Positions 39,840 to 49,343 of a stretch of DNA of 60,741 nt are shown here, piece after piece. The stretch's first letter is position 1; each line of letters starts with the position of its first letter. Position numbers and translations under genes: made by a program. The stretch is from PVC group bacterium (GTDB lineage: Bacteria > Auribacterota > Erginobacteria > Erginobacterales > PUNC01): positions 1-60,741 of the forward strand of contig PUNC01000243.1 of NCBI GenBank assembly GCA_003551625.1, in the 5' to 3' direction. The notes under the pieces were generated by a model. The model saw only the letters and a list, made by a program, of their open reading frames with translations, was not told the origin of the DNA and ran no database searches.

Positions 39840-40645
39840 CAGTCCCCTCCCGGCCAGGATTCGAATATCCGGCGGATGCCGAGGGCCCGGCCGCTGTTGG
39901 TGTCGGCTTCCACGACCACCCCCTGCAGCACCGGGTTGTCCTTGGCCACCGCGAAGAACCGGGGCAGCCCGGTCACGAAGCGGTGCACCACCGGCTCTAC
40001 CTCCCGCCCCAGAATCGAGTCCCAGCTACCGGTCATACCGATATCGGTGATGTAGGCCGTTCCTCCCGGAAGGACCCTTTCATCGGCGGTGGGCACGTGG
40101 GTGTGGGTGCCGATCACCGCCGTGACCCGCCCGTCCAGGTAGCGGCCCATAGCCTCCTTCTCCGAGGTGGCCTCGGCGTGAAAATCGACCAGAATCAGCG
40201 AAGCGCGCGCTTTAAGGCGGGAGACCTCGTTGGCGGCGGCGCGGAAGGGGCAATCCGCCGGCTCCATAAAGACTCTTCCCAGCAGGTTGGCCACCCCGAC
40301 CCGCAGACCGCGCGGACCCCGGTAGACGTCCGCGCCCCGCCCGGGAGCTTCCGGCGAAAGATTGGCCGGCCGGAGCAGGCGGCGTTCCTTGTCCGCCACG
40401 TCCATCACGCCCCGGTTCCGCCAGATATGGTCCCCGGTGGTAACGACATCCGCGCCGGCGGCCAGCAGAAAGGAAAGGCTCTTTTCGTCGATCCCCGATC
40501 CCCCGGCCGCGTTCTCGGCGTTGACCACGCAGAAATCGATCCCCTCCCGGTTTTTAATGAACGGAAACAGGGCCTGGAAGGCGCGGCGACCCGGCTTGCC
40601 CACGATATCTCCCACGAACAGAATCCGGACGGTGTCGGTCGTCAT
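39839..40645 (-). CDS. ymdB: YmdB-like metallophosphoesterase (TIGR00282 family)
   Basis: RILFVGDIVGKPGR..VVNAENAAGG..DFHAEATSEK..GTHTHVPTAD. Confidence 0.88.
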   Translation of the reverse strand: MTTDTVRILFVGDIVGKPGRRAFQALFPFIKNREGIDFCVVNAENAAGGSGIDEKSLSFLLAAGADVVTTGDHIWRNRGVMDVADKERRLLRPANLSPEAPGRGADVYRGPRGLRVGVANLLGRVFMEPADCPFRAAANEVSRLKARASLILVDFHAEATSEKEAMGRYLDGRVTAVIGTHTHVPTADERVLPGGTAYITDIGMTGSWDSILGREVEPVVHRFVTGLPRFFAVAKDNPVLQGVVVEADTNSGRALGIRRIFESWPGGD

Positions 40646-40661
40646 CGAGGCTTTTCTTTCT

Positions 40662-42230
40662 TTACCGGGCGTAATCGACCGCCCGGGACTCGCGCACGGC
40701 GGTGACCTTGACCTGGCCGGGGTAGTCCATCTCGGCCTCGATCTTCTTGCTGATCCCGCGCGCGATCTGGATCGTGCCGTTATCGTCGACCGATTCCGGT
40801 TCCACCATCACCCGGATCTCGCGGCCGGCCTGGATCGCGTAGGCCTTTTTTACCCCGGGGAAAGACAGGGCGAACTGTTCGAGCCTTTCCAGGCGCTTGA
40901 TGTAGGCATCGAAGGATTCGCGGCGGGCGCCCGGGCGAGCGGCGGACATCGCGTCGGCGGCCTGACCGAGAACATCGAAGACCGAACTGGCCTCGGTTTC
41001 GCCGTGGTGGGAGGCGATCCCGTTGATCACCATCTCCGGCAGGCCGAACTTCCGGGCCAGGGCCGCGCCGATGGAGGCGTGGGGCCCTTCGATCTCGTGA
41101 TCGACCGCCTTGCCGATATCGTGGAGCAGGCCCACCTTCTTGGCGGTCTGGATGTCTTCCCCGATCTCGGCGGCCATTATCCCCATTATGTAGGCCACCT
41201 CCCGGGAGTGGTCGAGGACGTTCTGGCCGTAACTGGTGCGGTATTTCAGCCTTCCCAGCAGCTTGATCAACTCCGGTTTCAGGCCGTGGATCCCGACGTC
41301 AAAAGCGGTCCGCTCCCCCATCTCCTTCATCGCCAGCTCCACCTCTTCCTGTACCTTCTTGACGATCTCCTCGATCCGGGGCGGATGGATCCTTCCATCG
41401 CTGATCAGCCGCTCGAGGGCGATCCGGGCCACCTCTCTCCGCACCGGGTCGAAGGCGGAAAGCACCACGACCTCCGGGGTGTCGTCAACGATGACGTCAA
41501 CCCCGGTGGCGGCTTGAAACGAGCGTATGTTTCTCCCCTCGCGGCCGATGATCCTTCCCTTCATCTCATCCCCGGGCAGGGAGACGGTCGAAACGGTAAT
41601 CTCGGAAACCTGGTCGGCGGCGTAGCGCTGGATGGCCAGCGAGATGATCCGGTGGGCCTCCTTCTCGGCCTGGTCCCGGGCGTCGGTTTCGATCTGCCGG
41701 CGGAGCTGGACCGCCTCCTTCTCCGCTTCTTCCCGGAGGCTGTCGAGCAGGCTCCTCTTGGCTTCCTCCTGAGTCAGGCCGGCTATTCTCTGCAGCTGCT
41801 GGCGTTGATTTTCCAGCAGTTCCTCAGCTTCCTTCTCCTTGGCCTGGAGACCGCGTTCCCGTTCCTCGAACTTGGATTCCCGGTTCTTGAGTTCATTGTC
41901 CCGCCGTTCCAGGAAATCCACCTTCCTTTCCAGGTTCTCTTCTTTCTGGGCGATCCGGCCTTCCAGCTTCTTCAACTCCTGCCGCTTGTCCCGGCTCTCC
42001 TTTTCGAACTGGGAGCGACTCTGAAAAAGTAACTCCTTGGCCTTGAGCGCCGCTTCCTTCTCCCGGGCCGCCGCCTCTTTCTTGGCGCTTTCCACCACCT
42101 GCCGCGCGATTCGTTCGGCGGAATCCATTCTCCGGCGCGACCAGGCGCGATAGATTCCAAAGACCAGACCTCCCCCCGCCAGAACTCCCGCTAGCGCTAT
42201 CCCCGCAATCATCAGGATACTTGTATTCAT
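40662..42230 (-). CDS. rny: Ribonuclease Y
   Basis: N-terminal TM helix, coiled coil, KH ([12 protein letters not shown]) and HD (GLLHDIGKA) domains. Confidence 0.92.
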   Translation of the reverse strand: MNTSILMIAGIALAGVLAGGGLVFGIYRAWSRRRMDSAERIARQVVESAKKEAAAREKEAALKAKELLFQSRSQFEKESRDKRQELKKLEGRIAQKEENLERKVDFLERRDNELKNRESKFEERERGLQAKEKEAEELLENQRQQLQRIAGLTQEEAKRSLLDSLREEAEKEAVQLRRQIETDARDQAEKEAHRIISLAIQRYAADQVSEITVSTVSLPGDEMKGRIIGREGRNIRSFQAATGVDVIVDDTPEVVVLSAFDPVRREVARIALERLISDGRIHPPRIEEIVKKVQEEVELAMKEMGERTAFDVGIHGLKPELIKLLGRLKYRTSYGQNVLDHSREVAYIMGIMAAEIGEDIQTAKKVGLLHDIGKAVDHEIEGPHASIGAALARKFGLPEMVINGIASHHGETEASSVFDVLGQAADAMSAARPGARRESFDAYIKRLERLEQFALSFPGVKKAYAIQAGREIRVMVEPESVDDNGTIQIARGISKKIEAEMDYPGQVKVTAVRESRAVDYAR

Positions 42231-42850
42231 GGCTGTTCACCTCTTAGTTTCAATGCCGGCCCGGGGCGGGGGCGTCTCCCCCGTCCCGCGCAGTCGATCA
42301 CCCGATTTTCGGTGATCACCTTGTTCATCGGAACATCGTGTCCGAAGGAGGGAATTTGATCGTAAATCTGGTTCTCGAAGGCCAGCGCTACCCGGCCGGT
42401 CCGGGGATGGGCCTTCTTTAAAAACGAATCGTAGAAGGCCAAACCCCGTCCCAAACGGTTGCCCCGGCGGTCGAAAGCCACCCCCGGCAACACGATCAGA
42501 TCTATCTCTTCGACTGGAATCATATTCTCCGCCGACCTCGGCTCGAGGATCCCCCACCGCCCGGGAGAGAGATCCCGATCCATCTCCTCGATCAGAACCG
42601 GAACCATCTTCTCGCCTTCAACCCCGGTGAAAGGAACCGCGACCCGAAGCCCGGAGCGGAGAGCGGAACGGATCATCCGGCGCGTCCTCACCTCCTCGGG
42701 ACGGGAGACGTAGAACATCACCGTCCGCGCCCGTTTAAACTCGGGGAGCGAGAAAAGCCGGCGGGCGATCGCCCGGCTTTTCTCTTCCACCTCCCCCGGG
42801 GACAGACTCTCCCGCGCCTCAAGGGCGCGGCGTCGGATTTCAGTCTTCAT
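42227..42850 (-). CDS. 5-formyltetrahydrofolate cyclo-ligase
   Basis: [18 protein letters not shown]...[32 protein letters not shown] overlaps at both ends. Confidence 0.85.
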   Translation of the reverse strand: MKTEIRRRALEARESLSPGEVEEKSRAIARRLFSLPEFKRARTVMFYVSRPEEVRTRRMIRSALRSGLRVAVPFTGVEGEKMVPVLIEEMDRDLSPGRWGILEPRSAENMIPVEEIDLIVLPGVAFDRRGNRLGRGLAFYDSFLKKAHPRTGRVALAFENQIYDQIPSFGHDVPMNKVITENRVIDCAGRGRRPRPGPALKLRGEQP

Positions 42851-44154
42851 ATCTTTTCCCGGCGTCGGCCGTCCCCTTTTTTAATCTCCGACTCAAAGCC
42901 GCTGTCGGCCGGACGGTAATATTTTTTGGGGGCCGGCAGGTATTCCTGGTCGACCCGCCCGGAAGGATGACGGTGGGGATAGACATATCCTTCCCCCCGA
43001 CCGAGCTTGCCCGCTCCGGCCCAGCTCGCGTCCTGGAGGTGGGACGGAACCGGAAGGATTTCGCCCTCGTTGACGTCCCGGAGCGCTTCCTCCAGCCCCC
43101 GGTAGGAGGCGTTGCTCTTGGGCGCGCACGCCAGGTAGGTCGCCGCCTGGGCCAGCGCCAGCCGGGCTTCCGGCATCCCCACGAATTCCACCGCCCGGGC
43201 GGCGCTGACCGCCAGAACCAGGGCCCGGGGATCGGCGTTGCCCACGTCTTCCGAGGCCAGGATCACCATCCGGCGGGCGATGAAGCGGGGATCTTCCCCC
43301 GCCGCGATCATCCGGGCCAGCCAGTAAAGGGCGGCGTCGGGGTCGGAGCCCCTCAGACTCTTGATCAGAGCCGATATCAGGTCGTAGTGTTCGTCGCCGT
43401 CCCGGTCGTGCCGGATCAGTTTCTTCTGCAGGATCTCGAATAGTTCGCCGGTCCGGATCGGGACCTTTCCCTCCGGTCCGGGAGACGCGAGGCCGGACGC
43501 CAGCTCCAGGGTCTGGAGCATCCGCCGGGCGTCACCCTCGCAGCGGCGGGCCAGGGCTTCAAGCGCCCCCTCTTCAAACTCCATCCGCTCCGATCCCAAC
43601 CCCCTTTCCGGATCCGCCAGCGCCCGCTCGGCGATCCTGACCAGCGCGGAGGGGTCGAGGGGTTTGAACTCGAAAATCTGGGTCCGGGAGAGCAGGGCGG
43701 GGGCCAGGGCGAAAAAAGGATTGAAGGTGGTCAGGCCGATAAACCCGATCACGCCTTCTTCGATGTGGGGAAGCAGGACCTCCTGCTGGGCGCGGTTGAA
43801 GCGGTGAAACTCGTCGATGAAAAGGAGGGTGGACTTACCCGAGGCGGCGCGCATCCGGGCCTGGGCGATCACCGTTTTCACCTCGGCGACGTTTGAAACC
43901 ACCGCGCTCAGGCTCTCGGAATGCGCTTTGCCGGTACGGGCGATCAGGCGGGCGAGACTGGTCTTGCCGCAGCCGGGAGGCCCGAAAAAGACGGCGGAAA
44001 AGAGACGGCGGGATTCGATCAGCCGACGCAGCACCCTTCCCTTCCCCAGAAGGTGGTCCTGGCCGACGAACTCGTTCAAGCCGGCCGGGCGCATCCGCGC
44101 CGCCAGCGGCTGAAGCTCCTTGAAAGCGGACGAATGGCCGCTGAACAGGTCCAT
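42847..44154 (-). CDS. rarA: Replication-associated recombination protein A (AAA+)
   Basis: FFGPPGCGKTSLARLIA, LFIDEFHRFN, and a MgsA C-terminal domain. Confidence 0.9.
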   Translation of the reverse strand: MDLFSGHSSAFKELQPLAARMRPAGLNEFVGQDHLLGKGRVLRRLIESRRLFSAVFFGPPGCGKTSLARLIARTGKAHSESLSAVVSNVAEVKTVIAQARMRAASGKSTLLFIDEFHRFNRAQQEVLLPHIEEGVIGFIGLTTFNPFFALAPALLSRTQIFEFKPLDPSALVRIAERALADPERGLGSERMEFEEGALEALARRCEGDARRMLQTLELASGLASPGPEGKVPIRTGELFEILQKKLIRHDRDGDEHYDLISALIKSLRGSDPDAALYWLARMIAAGEDPRFIARRMVILASEDVGNADPRALVLAVSAARAVEFVGMPEARLALAQAATYLACAPKSNASYRGLEEALRDVNEGEILPVPSHLQDASWAGAGKLGRGEGYVYPHRHPSGRVDQEYLPAPKKYYRPADSGFESEIKKGDGRRREKI

Positions 44155-44438
44155 AATAATAGCCCTACCCTTCTAAAAAGCGGAAGAGCAAGGCTTGCAC
44201 CCCGGCGGCACGGAACGGTTGAAACGCCCGGAAAGAAAACAGTTTAACCGCTATTCACCCCGTGCCGGTAACGGCGCAATCCCGGTTTGCGCCGGGGTGG
44301 AGATACGCATTTCGCTGATTGAACCTTAAGTAAACAGCTTAACAGCTGCGAAACGATCATCTACAAACCTTCTTGCCTTGCCTGTATCCGCTTGAACTTT
44401 AATCCCCTTCTTGCCGGGGAGCGGTTGTAAACGGGAGG
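44155..44438. repeat. AT-richer intergenic island with short stutters (weaker member)
   Basis: taaacagc/ttaacagc/tgcgaaac (44331-54). cttcttgcc is repeated at about 44369 and 44407. Hairpin ggcgcaa-N7-ttgcgcc (44273-93). Confidence 0.4.
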
Positions 44439-46841
44439 CTACTCGCGAAAACGGCAACCCAACTCGGCCGCCAGCGCTTCCTTGAAAGCCTCGTGTATTT
44501 CCGTCACCTTCTTGTCAACAAGTGTAGCACTCTCCGAACGGTACCGCAACTTAAAAGCCAGGCTTTTCTTTCCCGCCTCCAGGGGGCGGCCGCGGTAAAT
44601 ATCGAATAGGGCCCAGTCCTCCACCAGGGGGGGTTTGAGCTTTTCGATCGCCCGGGCTACCCGCGCGTAGGGCGTGGATTCATCAACGATGACGGCGATG
44701 TCCCTGCCCACCGCCGGATACTGCGGAAGGGGCCGGTAGGCGGTCGGGGAACGATCCGGGTCCGCCAGACCGTCCACGGCGATCTCGGCGATGAAGACGG
44801 GACGCGAGATGTCGAATTTGGTCCGGGCCGCCTCCGAGGCCTCTCCGGCCCAACCCCGCCGGCGACCGTCAACGATGATTTCGGCGGTCCGGCCGGCCTT
44901 GAACAAGGGATGCCGGGCGGGGCGAAACTCCGCCCCGGAAACCCCCAGGCGGCTGAAGAACTCCTCCAACAGTCCTTTCAGGCTGAAAAAGTCGGGTTGA
45001 GGGGAAGGCCGCCACCCTTCGGGTTCCCGCCCCGGACAGAGCGCCAGGGCCAAGCGGCTCTCTTCGTCCGGCGGCGAGGCGTCCCCGGCGGAAAGATAGA
45101 CCCGTCCAAGCTCAAAGATATCCATCCGATCGGCGCTCTGGTTCAGATTGTGATGGACGGCGCGCAGCAGTCCGGTCAGAAGAGTGGTCCGGAGCCAGCC
45201 GTTTTCCCGGTTCGGAGGATTGGCGATCTCGACCAGCCGCAGCAGGGGGTCGCCCGCCTCCAGACCCAATCCCTCAAGATCCCACCGATTCATAAAGCTG
45301 TAATTGACCGCCTCGTCGAGCCCGGAAGCGGCCGCGATCTCCCGGAACCGGGCGTCCCGCCGGTGCCGGCGCGGAAGGGGGCGGGGGGAAATCTTCACCC
45401 GGGGCGTGCTCGGCGCGAAGTTCTGGTAACCGTGAAGCCGGGCGATCTCCTCGGCCAGATCGGCCTCGCGGGTCAGGTCGGGCCGCCAGGAAGGAGCCCG
45501 GAAACTAAGGCTCGCTCCCCGGCCGCCGCTGAATTCCACCCCCAGGGGGGAAAGAAGCTTCCGGCAACGGTCGGGCTCGACTTCCATCCCCAGGAATTCG
45601 GAGAGGCGCCGGCAATTAACCCTGATCGTGACCGGGCGAAAACGGCGCTTCTTCTCGTCGATCCAGCCGGCGGCCGGTATTCCGGCCGAGAGGCCGGCGA
45701 TTATTCCCGCCGCGCGATGCAGGGATTCGGGAACGGCGGCGGGATCGACCGTTCTCTCGAAACGCCGGGAAGCCTCCGTGAACAGTCCCAGTTCGCGGGC
45801 CGAACGGCGCACCGTCACCGGATTGAAGAAAGCGCTTTCCAGTAAAACCTCGCGGGTGGCGTCGGAGACCTCGGTCTCGATCCCTCCCATAATGCCCGCC
45901 GCCGCGACCGGACGGGACTGATCGGCGATGACGAGCACTTCCGGAGAAAGAACGCGTTCCACCCCGTCGATGGTTACGATCTTTTCGCCCTTCCGGGCCC
46001 GCCGGACGATGATCTTCCCCCCGCGTAAAAGCCGAAAATCGAAAGCGTGCAGGGGCTGCCCGGTCTCGAGGAGGACGTAATTGGTCGCGTCCACGATATT
46101 GTTGATCGGCCGGATCCCGCAAAGGGCGAGACGGCGACGAATCGTAAAGGGCGAAGGCGCGACCTTCACCTCCCGGATCAGACGCGCGGTATAGTTGGGG
46201 CAGCGGGTGAAATCCTTCACCTCGACCGCGGCCTCGTTTCCGATCGGGCCGCCTTCGCGAAAAGGTTCCGAGGCGGGGGGATTGAAAGCGGTGTTGAAGA
46301 CGACCGCGGCCTCCCGCGCCACCCCGCGGACGCTGAGCAGGTCCGGGCGGTTGGGCGTGACGTTGACCTCGATAACGTAGTCCGGGAGCGCCAGCGCCGC
46401 CGCGACCGGGTCCCCGGACCGGGCGGCGGCGGGGAGGTCCACGATCCCGGCCGCGTCGTCACCCAGCCCCAGTTCTTGCTCGGAACAGAGCATTCCTTCC
46501 GACACCCTTCCGCCGATCTTACGGGGCTCGATCTTTCGCCCTCCGGGCAGGACCGTTCCCGGCAGGGCCAGGGCCGACTTCATCCCCACGACCACGTTGG
46601 GAGCGCCGCAGGCGACCGTGTGCTCCGTAGTCCCGGCCGAAACCCGGCACCAGTGAATTCGGGGACGGCCGGCGTCCCTTTCCCGGGCGACCACTTTCCC
46701 CACCAGCACCCCCGGAAGGCCGGCCTCGATCTTCTCCACCGACTCCACCTCCGCCCCCGCCATAGTCAACCGCTCGGCCAACTCCTCCGGGCCGGCCTCG
46801 AGATCGACCATTTCCTTCAGCCAGTTGTAGGTGACCTTCAT
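44439..46841 (-). CDS. pheT: Phenylalanine--tRNA ligase beta subunit
   Basis: MKVTYNWLKEMVDL.. N-terminus with tRNA-binding, B3/4, B5 and FDX-ACB domains. 800 aa. Confidence 0.92.
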   Translation of the reverse strand: MKVTYNWLKEMVDLEAGPEELAERLTMAGAEVESVEKIEAGLPGVLVGKVVARERDAGRPRIHWCRVSAGTTEHTVACGAPNVVVGMKSALALPGTVLPGGRKIEPRKIGGRVSEGMLCSEQELGLGDDAAGIVDLPAAARSGDPVAAALALPDYVIEVNVTPNRPDLLSVRGVAREAAVVFNTAFNPPASEPFREGGPIGNEAAVEVKDFTRCPNYTARLIREVKVAPSPFTIRRRLALCGIRPINNIVDATNYVLLETGQPLHAFDFRLLRGGKIIVRRARKGEKIVTIDGVERVLSPEVLVIADQSRPVAAAGIMGGIETEVSDATREVLLESAFFNPVTVRRSARELGLFTEASRRFERTVDPAAVPESLHRAAGIIAGLSAGIPAAGWIDEKKRRFRPVTIRVNCRRLSEFLGMEVEPDRCRKLLSPLGVEFSGGRGASLSFRAPSWRPDLTREADLAEEIARLHGYQNFAPSTPRVKISPRPLPRRHRRDARFREIAAASGLDEAVNYSFMNRWDLEGLGLEAGDPLLRLVEIANPPNRENGWLRTTLLTGLLRAVHHNLNQSADRMDIFELGRVYLSAGDASPPDEESRLALALCPGREPEGWRPSPQPDFFSLKGLLEEFFSRLGVSGAEFRPARHPLFKAGRTAEIIVDGRRRGWAGEASEAARTKFDISRPVFIAEIAVDGLADPDRSPTAYRPLPQYPAVGRDIAVIVDESTPYARVARAIEKLKPPLVEDWALFDIYRGRPLEAGKKSLAFKLRYRSESATLVDKKVTEIHEAFKEALAAELGCRFRE

Positions 46842-47125
46842 AAAGCTTTCGTAACCAACTCTTTCGTAGCGCAGCCCTTTAGGGCTGCCCCAGTGAGGCA
46901 GGGCTAAAGCCCTGCACTACGAACTGCGAATTAAGGATGCCCGGCAGGCCGAGTTGATAAGATAATAAGTTTATAAGTTGACAAGTGCCGGGGTTCAAAG
47001 GTTCCGGGTTCTCGGAATAATCCGGTTTGAATGAGTATGTGTAAGAGTATGTGTAAAAGTACGTGTAAGAGTACGTGTTCTATATGTCTCCAGAGTTAAT
47101 ATATTTTCCAAAACTTATTAAGCGT
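46842..47125. repeat. Mosaic intergenic repeat island, copy 2 (between pheS and pheT)
   Basis: Twin hairpins 46865-46921. gataagat/aataagtt/tataagtt/gacaagtg (46956-87). 35-mer core 46976-47010. aataatccggttt 47016-28. Four 12-nt units 47035-82. ctccagagttaatatattttccaaa about 47089-47113. Confidence 0.85.
46970..46998 (-). promoter_or_regulatory. Promoter-like site inside the repeat module (TTGAAC-17-TATAAA), facing pheT
   Basis: The minus strand reads TTGAACcccggcacttgtcaactTATAAA. The same arrangement occurs at 54535-54563. Confidence 0.4.
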
Positions 47126-48145
47126 TCAGAACTGCCGGAGAAAGCGCAGGTCGTTGTCGAAAAACAGCCGGATATCGTTGATTCCGTGGCGGAGCATGGC
47201 GATTCTCTCGATCCCCATCCCGAAAGCGTAGCCGGAATAGACGCGGTGATCGTAGCCGACGGCTTTGAAAACCTCGGGATCGACCATTCCCGCTCCCAAA
47301 ATCTCCAGCCAGCCGGACGAGCCGCAGACCCGGCAGCCCCGGCCGCCGCAGACCAGGCAGGAGATATCCACCTCCGCGCTGGGCTCGGTGAAGGGGAAGA
47401 AACTGGCCCGGAACCGGGTCTTGACCCGGGGGCCGAAACACCGGGTCGCGAAAAGGTTCAACACCCCTTTGAGATCGGTGAAGCTGACGCCGCGATCCAC
47501 CATCAAGCCTTCGATCTGGTGAAACATCGGGGAATGGGAGGCGTCGGCGGTGTCGGCCCGGTAGACCTTCCCGGCGCAGATCATACGGACCGGCGGCGGC
47601 TGTTTCTCCATCACCCGGACCTGAACCGGGGAGGTATGGGTCCGCAGCAGAAGGCCGTTTTTCAGGTAGAGGGTGTCCTGCATATCCCGGGCGGGGTGAT
47701 CGGCCGGAATATTGAGGGCGTCGAAGTTGTAGTATTCCGACTCGATCTCCGGGCCCTCTTCGAGGGTGAATCCCAGCGAGCTGAATATCTCGATGATCTC
47801 ATCCAGAACGCGGGTGAGCGGGTGGAGGCGGCCGATCCGGGGGCGGGTGCCGGGAAGGGTCACGTCGAAGCGGCCCTCCCCGACCGGGGAGTCCCCTTTC
47901 CGGGCGGCAAGCTCGGCCCGGCGGGAACGGAGCGCCTCCTCGACCGAACGTTTGGCCGCGTTGGCAAGACGACCCAGACGGGGACGGTCCTTTTCCGGCA
48001 GTCCGCCGAGACCCCGAACCAGGGCCGTAAGCCGGCCCTTCCGTCCCAGATACCGGATCTGAACCGATTCCAGTTCTTTCGTTTCCGAAGCGGATGAGAT
48101 TTCGCTCAACGCCCGGGAACGTAATTCTTCAAGCTGGCTTTCCAC
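47126..48145 (-). CDS. pheS: Phenylalanine--tRNA ligase alpha subunit
   Basis: HPLTRV..FDALNIPADHPARDMQDT..LRTHTSPVQ..FFPFTEPS..GMGIERIAM. Confidence 0.92.
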   Translation of the reverse strand: MESQLEELRSRALSEISSASETKELESVQIRYLGRKGRLTALVRGLGGLPEKDRPRLGRLANAAKRSVEEALRSRRAELAARKGDSPVGEGRFDVTLPGTRPRIGRLHPLTRVLDEIIEIFSSLGFTLEEGPEIESEYYNFDALNIPADHPARDMQDTLYLKNGLLLRTHTSPVQVRVMEKQPPPVRMICAGKVYRADTADASHSPMFHQIEGLMVDRGVSFTDLKGVLNLFATRCFGPRVKTRFRASFFPFTEPSAEVDISCLVCGGRGCRVCGSSGWLEILGAGMVDPEVFKAVGYDHRVYSGYAFGMGIERIAMLRHGINDIRLFFDNDLRFLRQF

Positions 48146-48173
48146 AAAAAGATTTTCCCGGCGGGAAAGACTT

Positions 48174-48527
48174 TTACGATTGGTCTTTGACCTGATCGAC
48201 GAGACGGCTGAAGGCGGCGGGATGGTTGACCGCGAGTTCGGCCAGGATCTTCCGGTCGATCCCGATCCCGGCCTTTTTCAAGGCGTTGATGAAGCTGGAG
48301 TAAGACAGCCCGTGAGGCTGCACTCCGGCCCGGATCCGGGTGATCCACAACGACCGGAAGTTCCGTTTTCTTTCCTTTCTTCCCCGATAGGAATGGGCCA
48401 TCGCCCGCATCACGGATTCCTGGGCGCTGCGATTGAGCTTGCTGCGGGCGCCCCGGTAACCCCGGGCCTGTTTCAGCACCTTCTTCTTCCACTTCCGGGA
48501 AGCGACGTTGGTCTTTGTTCTGGTCAT
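48174..48527 (-). CDS. rplT: 50S ribosomal protein L20
   Basis: [30 protein letters not shown].. Confidence 0.93.
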   Translation of the reverse strand: MTRTKTNVASRKWKKKVLKQARGYRGARSKLNRSAQESVMRAMAHSYRGRKERKRNFRSLWITRIRAGVQPHGLSYSSFINALKKAGIGIDRKILAELAVNHPAAFSRLVDQVKDQS

Positions 48528-48715
48528 TGCAGTCCCTTCCTGATCATCCGCGCCCGCGCGCCCTCGATCACGTTTTTGCCCCGCAGGGCCCTCTTCCGCG
48601 CCCGGCTCTTGCCGGTGAGAAGATGGCTTTTTCCGGCACGGGCGGCTTTAACCTTTCCGCGGGCCGTGACCTTGAACCTTTTCCTAACTCCTTTTTTACT
48701 CTTGATCTTGGGCAT
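48524..48715 (-). CDS. rpmI: 50S ribosomal protein L35
   Basis: [34 protein letters not shown]. Confidence 0.93.
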   Translation of the reverse strand: MPKIKSKKGVRKRFKVTARGKVKAARAGKSHLLTGKSRARKRALRGKNVIEGARARMIRKGLQ

Positions 48716-49271
48716 CTTTTTTCTCCTCCGCGTCCGGATTCTTCCGTAAGCGGCGGGCGGCGGGAGTCGGCGAAAGCACGACCGTGACGCGCCGGCCGAG
48801 CTTGCGGTAATCGCTGTCGACTTTGCTGTAATCCTTGAGATCGTTCACCAGGCGGTCCAGCGTCTGCCGTCCCAGGTCCTGGTGCGCCATCTCCCGGCCC
48901 CGGAAAACAAGCGTCAACCGAAGCTTGCTGCCGTCCTGGAGAAACTCGACGGCGTGGCGCAGCTTGACATCATAGTCGTGCCGATCGATATTCGGCCTGA
49001 TCTTGATCTCTTTCAGCCGGCTCTGGCTCTGCTTCTTCTTGTTCTCCCTTTCTTTCTTCTTTATTTCGTAACGGTATTTGTCGAAATCCATGATCCGGCA
49101 GACCGGAGGATCGCCCTGCGGAGAAACCTCCACCAGGTCCAGCCCTCTTTCCCGGGCGAGGTTAAGCGCCTCCTCGACCGGAATAATACCGATCTGGCCG
49201 CCGTCCTCCCCGATGGTCCGAACCTTCGGCGCCCGAATCCTGTCGTTTACCCTGATATACTTGGTTTGAAT
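48696..49271 (-). CDS. infC: Translation initiation factor IF-3 (AUU start)
   Basis: IQTKYIRVNDRIRAPKVRTIGEDGGQIGI..VEVSPQGDPPVCRIMDFDKY. The in-frame ATT at 49271 has AAGGAGGTG 7 nt upstream. The track ATG at 49322 adds a non-conserved Arg-rich extension. Confidence 0.85.
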   Translation of the reverse strand: MQTKYIRVNDRIRAPKVRTIGEDGGQIGIIPVEEALNLARERGLDLVEVSPQGDPPVCRIMDFDKYRYEIKKKERENKKKQSQSRLKEIKIRPNIDRHDYDVKLRHAVEFLQDGSKLRLTLVFRGREMAHQDLGRQTLDRLVNDLKDYSKVDSDYRKLGRRVTVVLSPTPAARRLRKNPDAEEKKDAQDQE

Positions 49272-49343
49272 CTTTAACCACCTCCTTTGACTGCTGGTTG
49301 ATTTGCGACGCGGTGCCGGCAAAAACCGACCCCAGTATATTTT

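Noticed and set aside
46842-47125. The islands as MITEs or IS remnants
   Set aside because: I could find no terminal inverted repeats bounding the islands, no consistent target-site duplication, and no transposase or integrase ORF in 60 kb. The module order is also shuffled between copies. This is not excluded, but it is unsupported.
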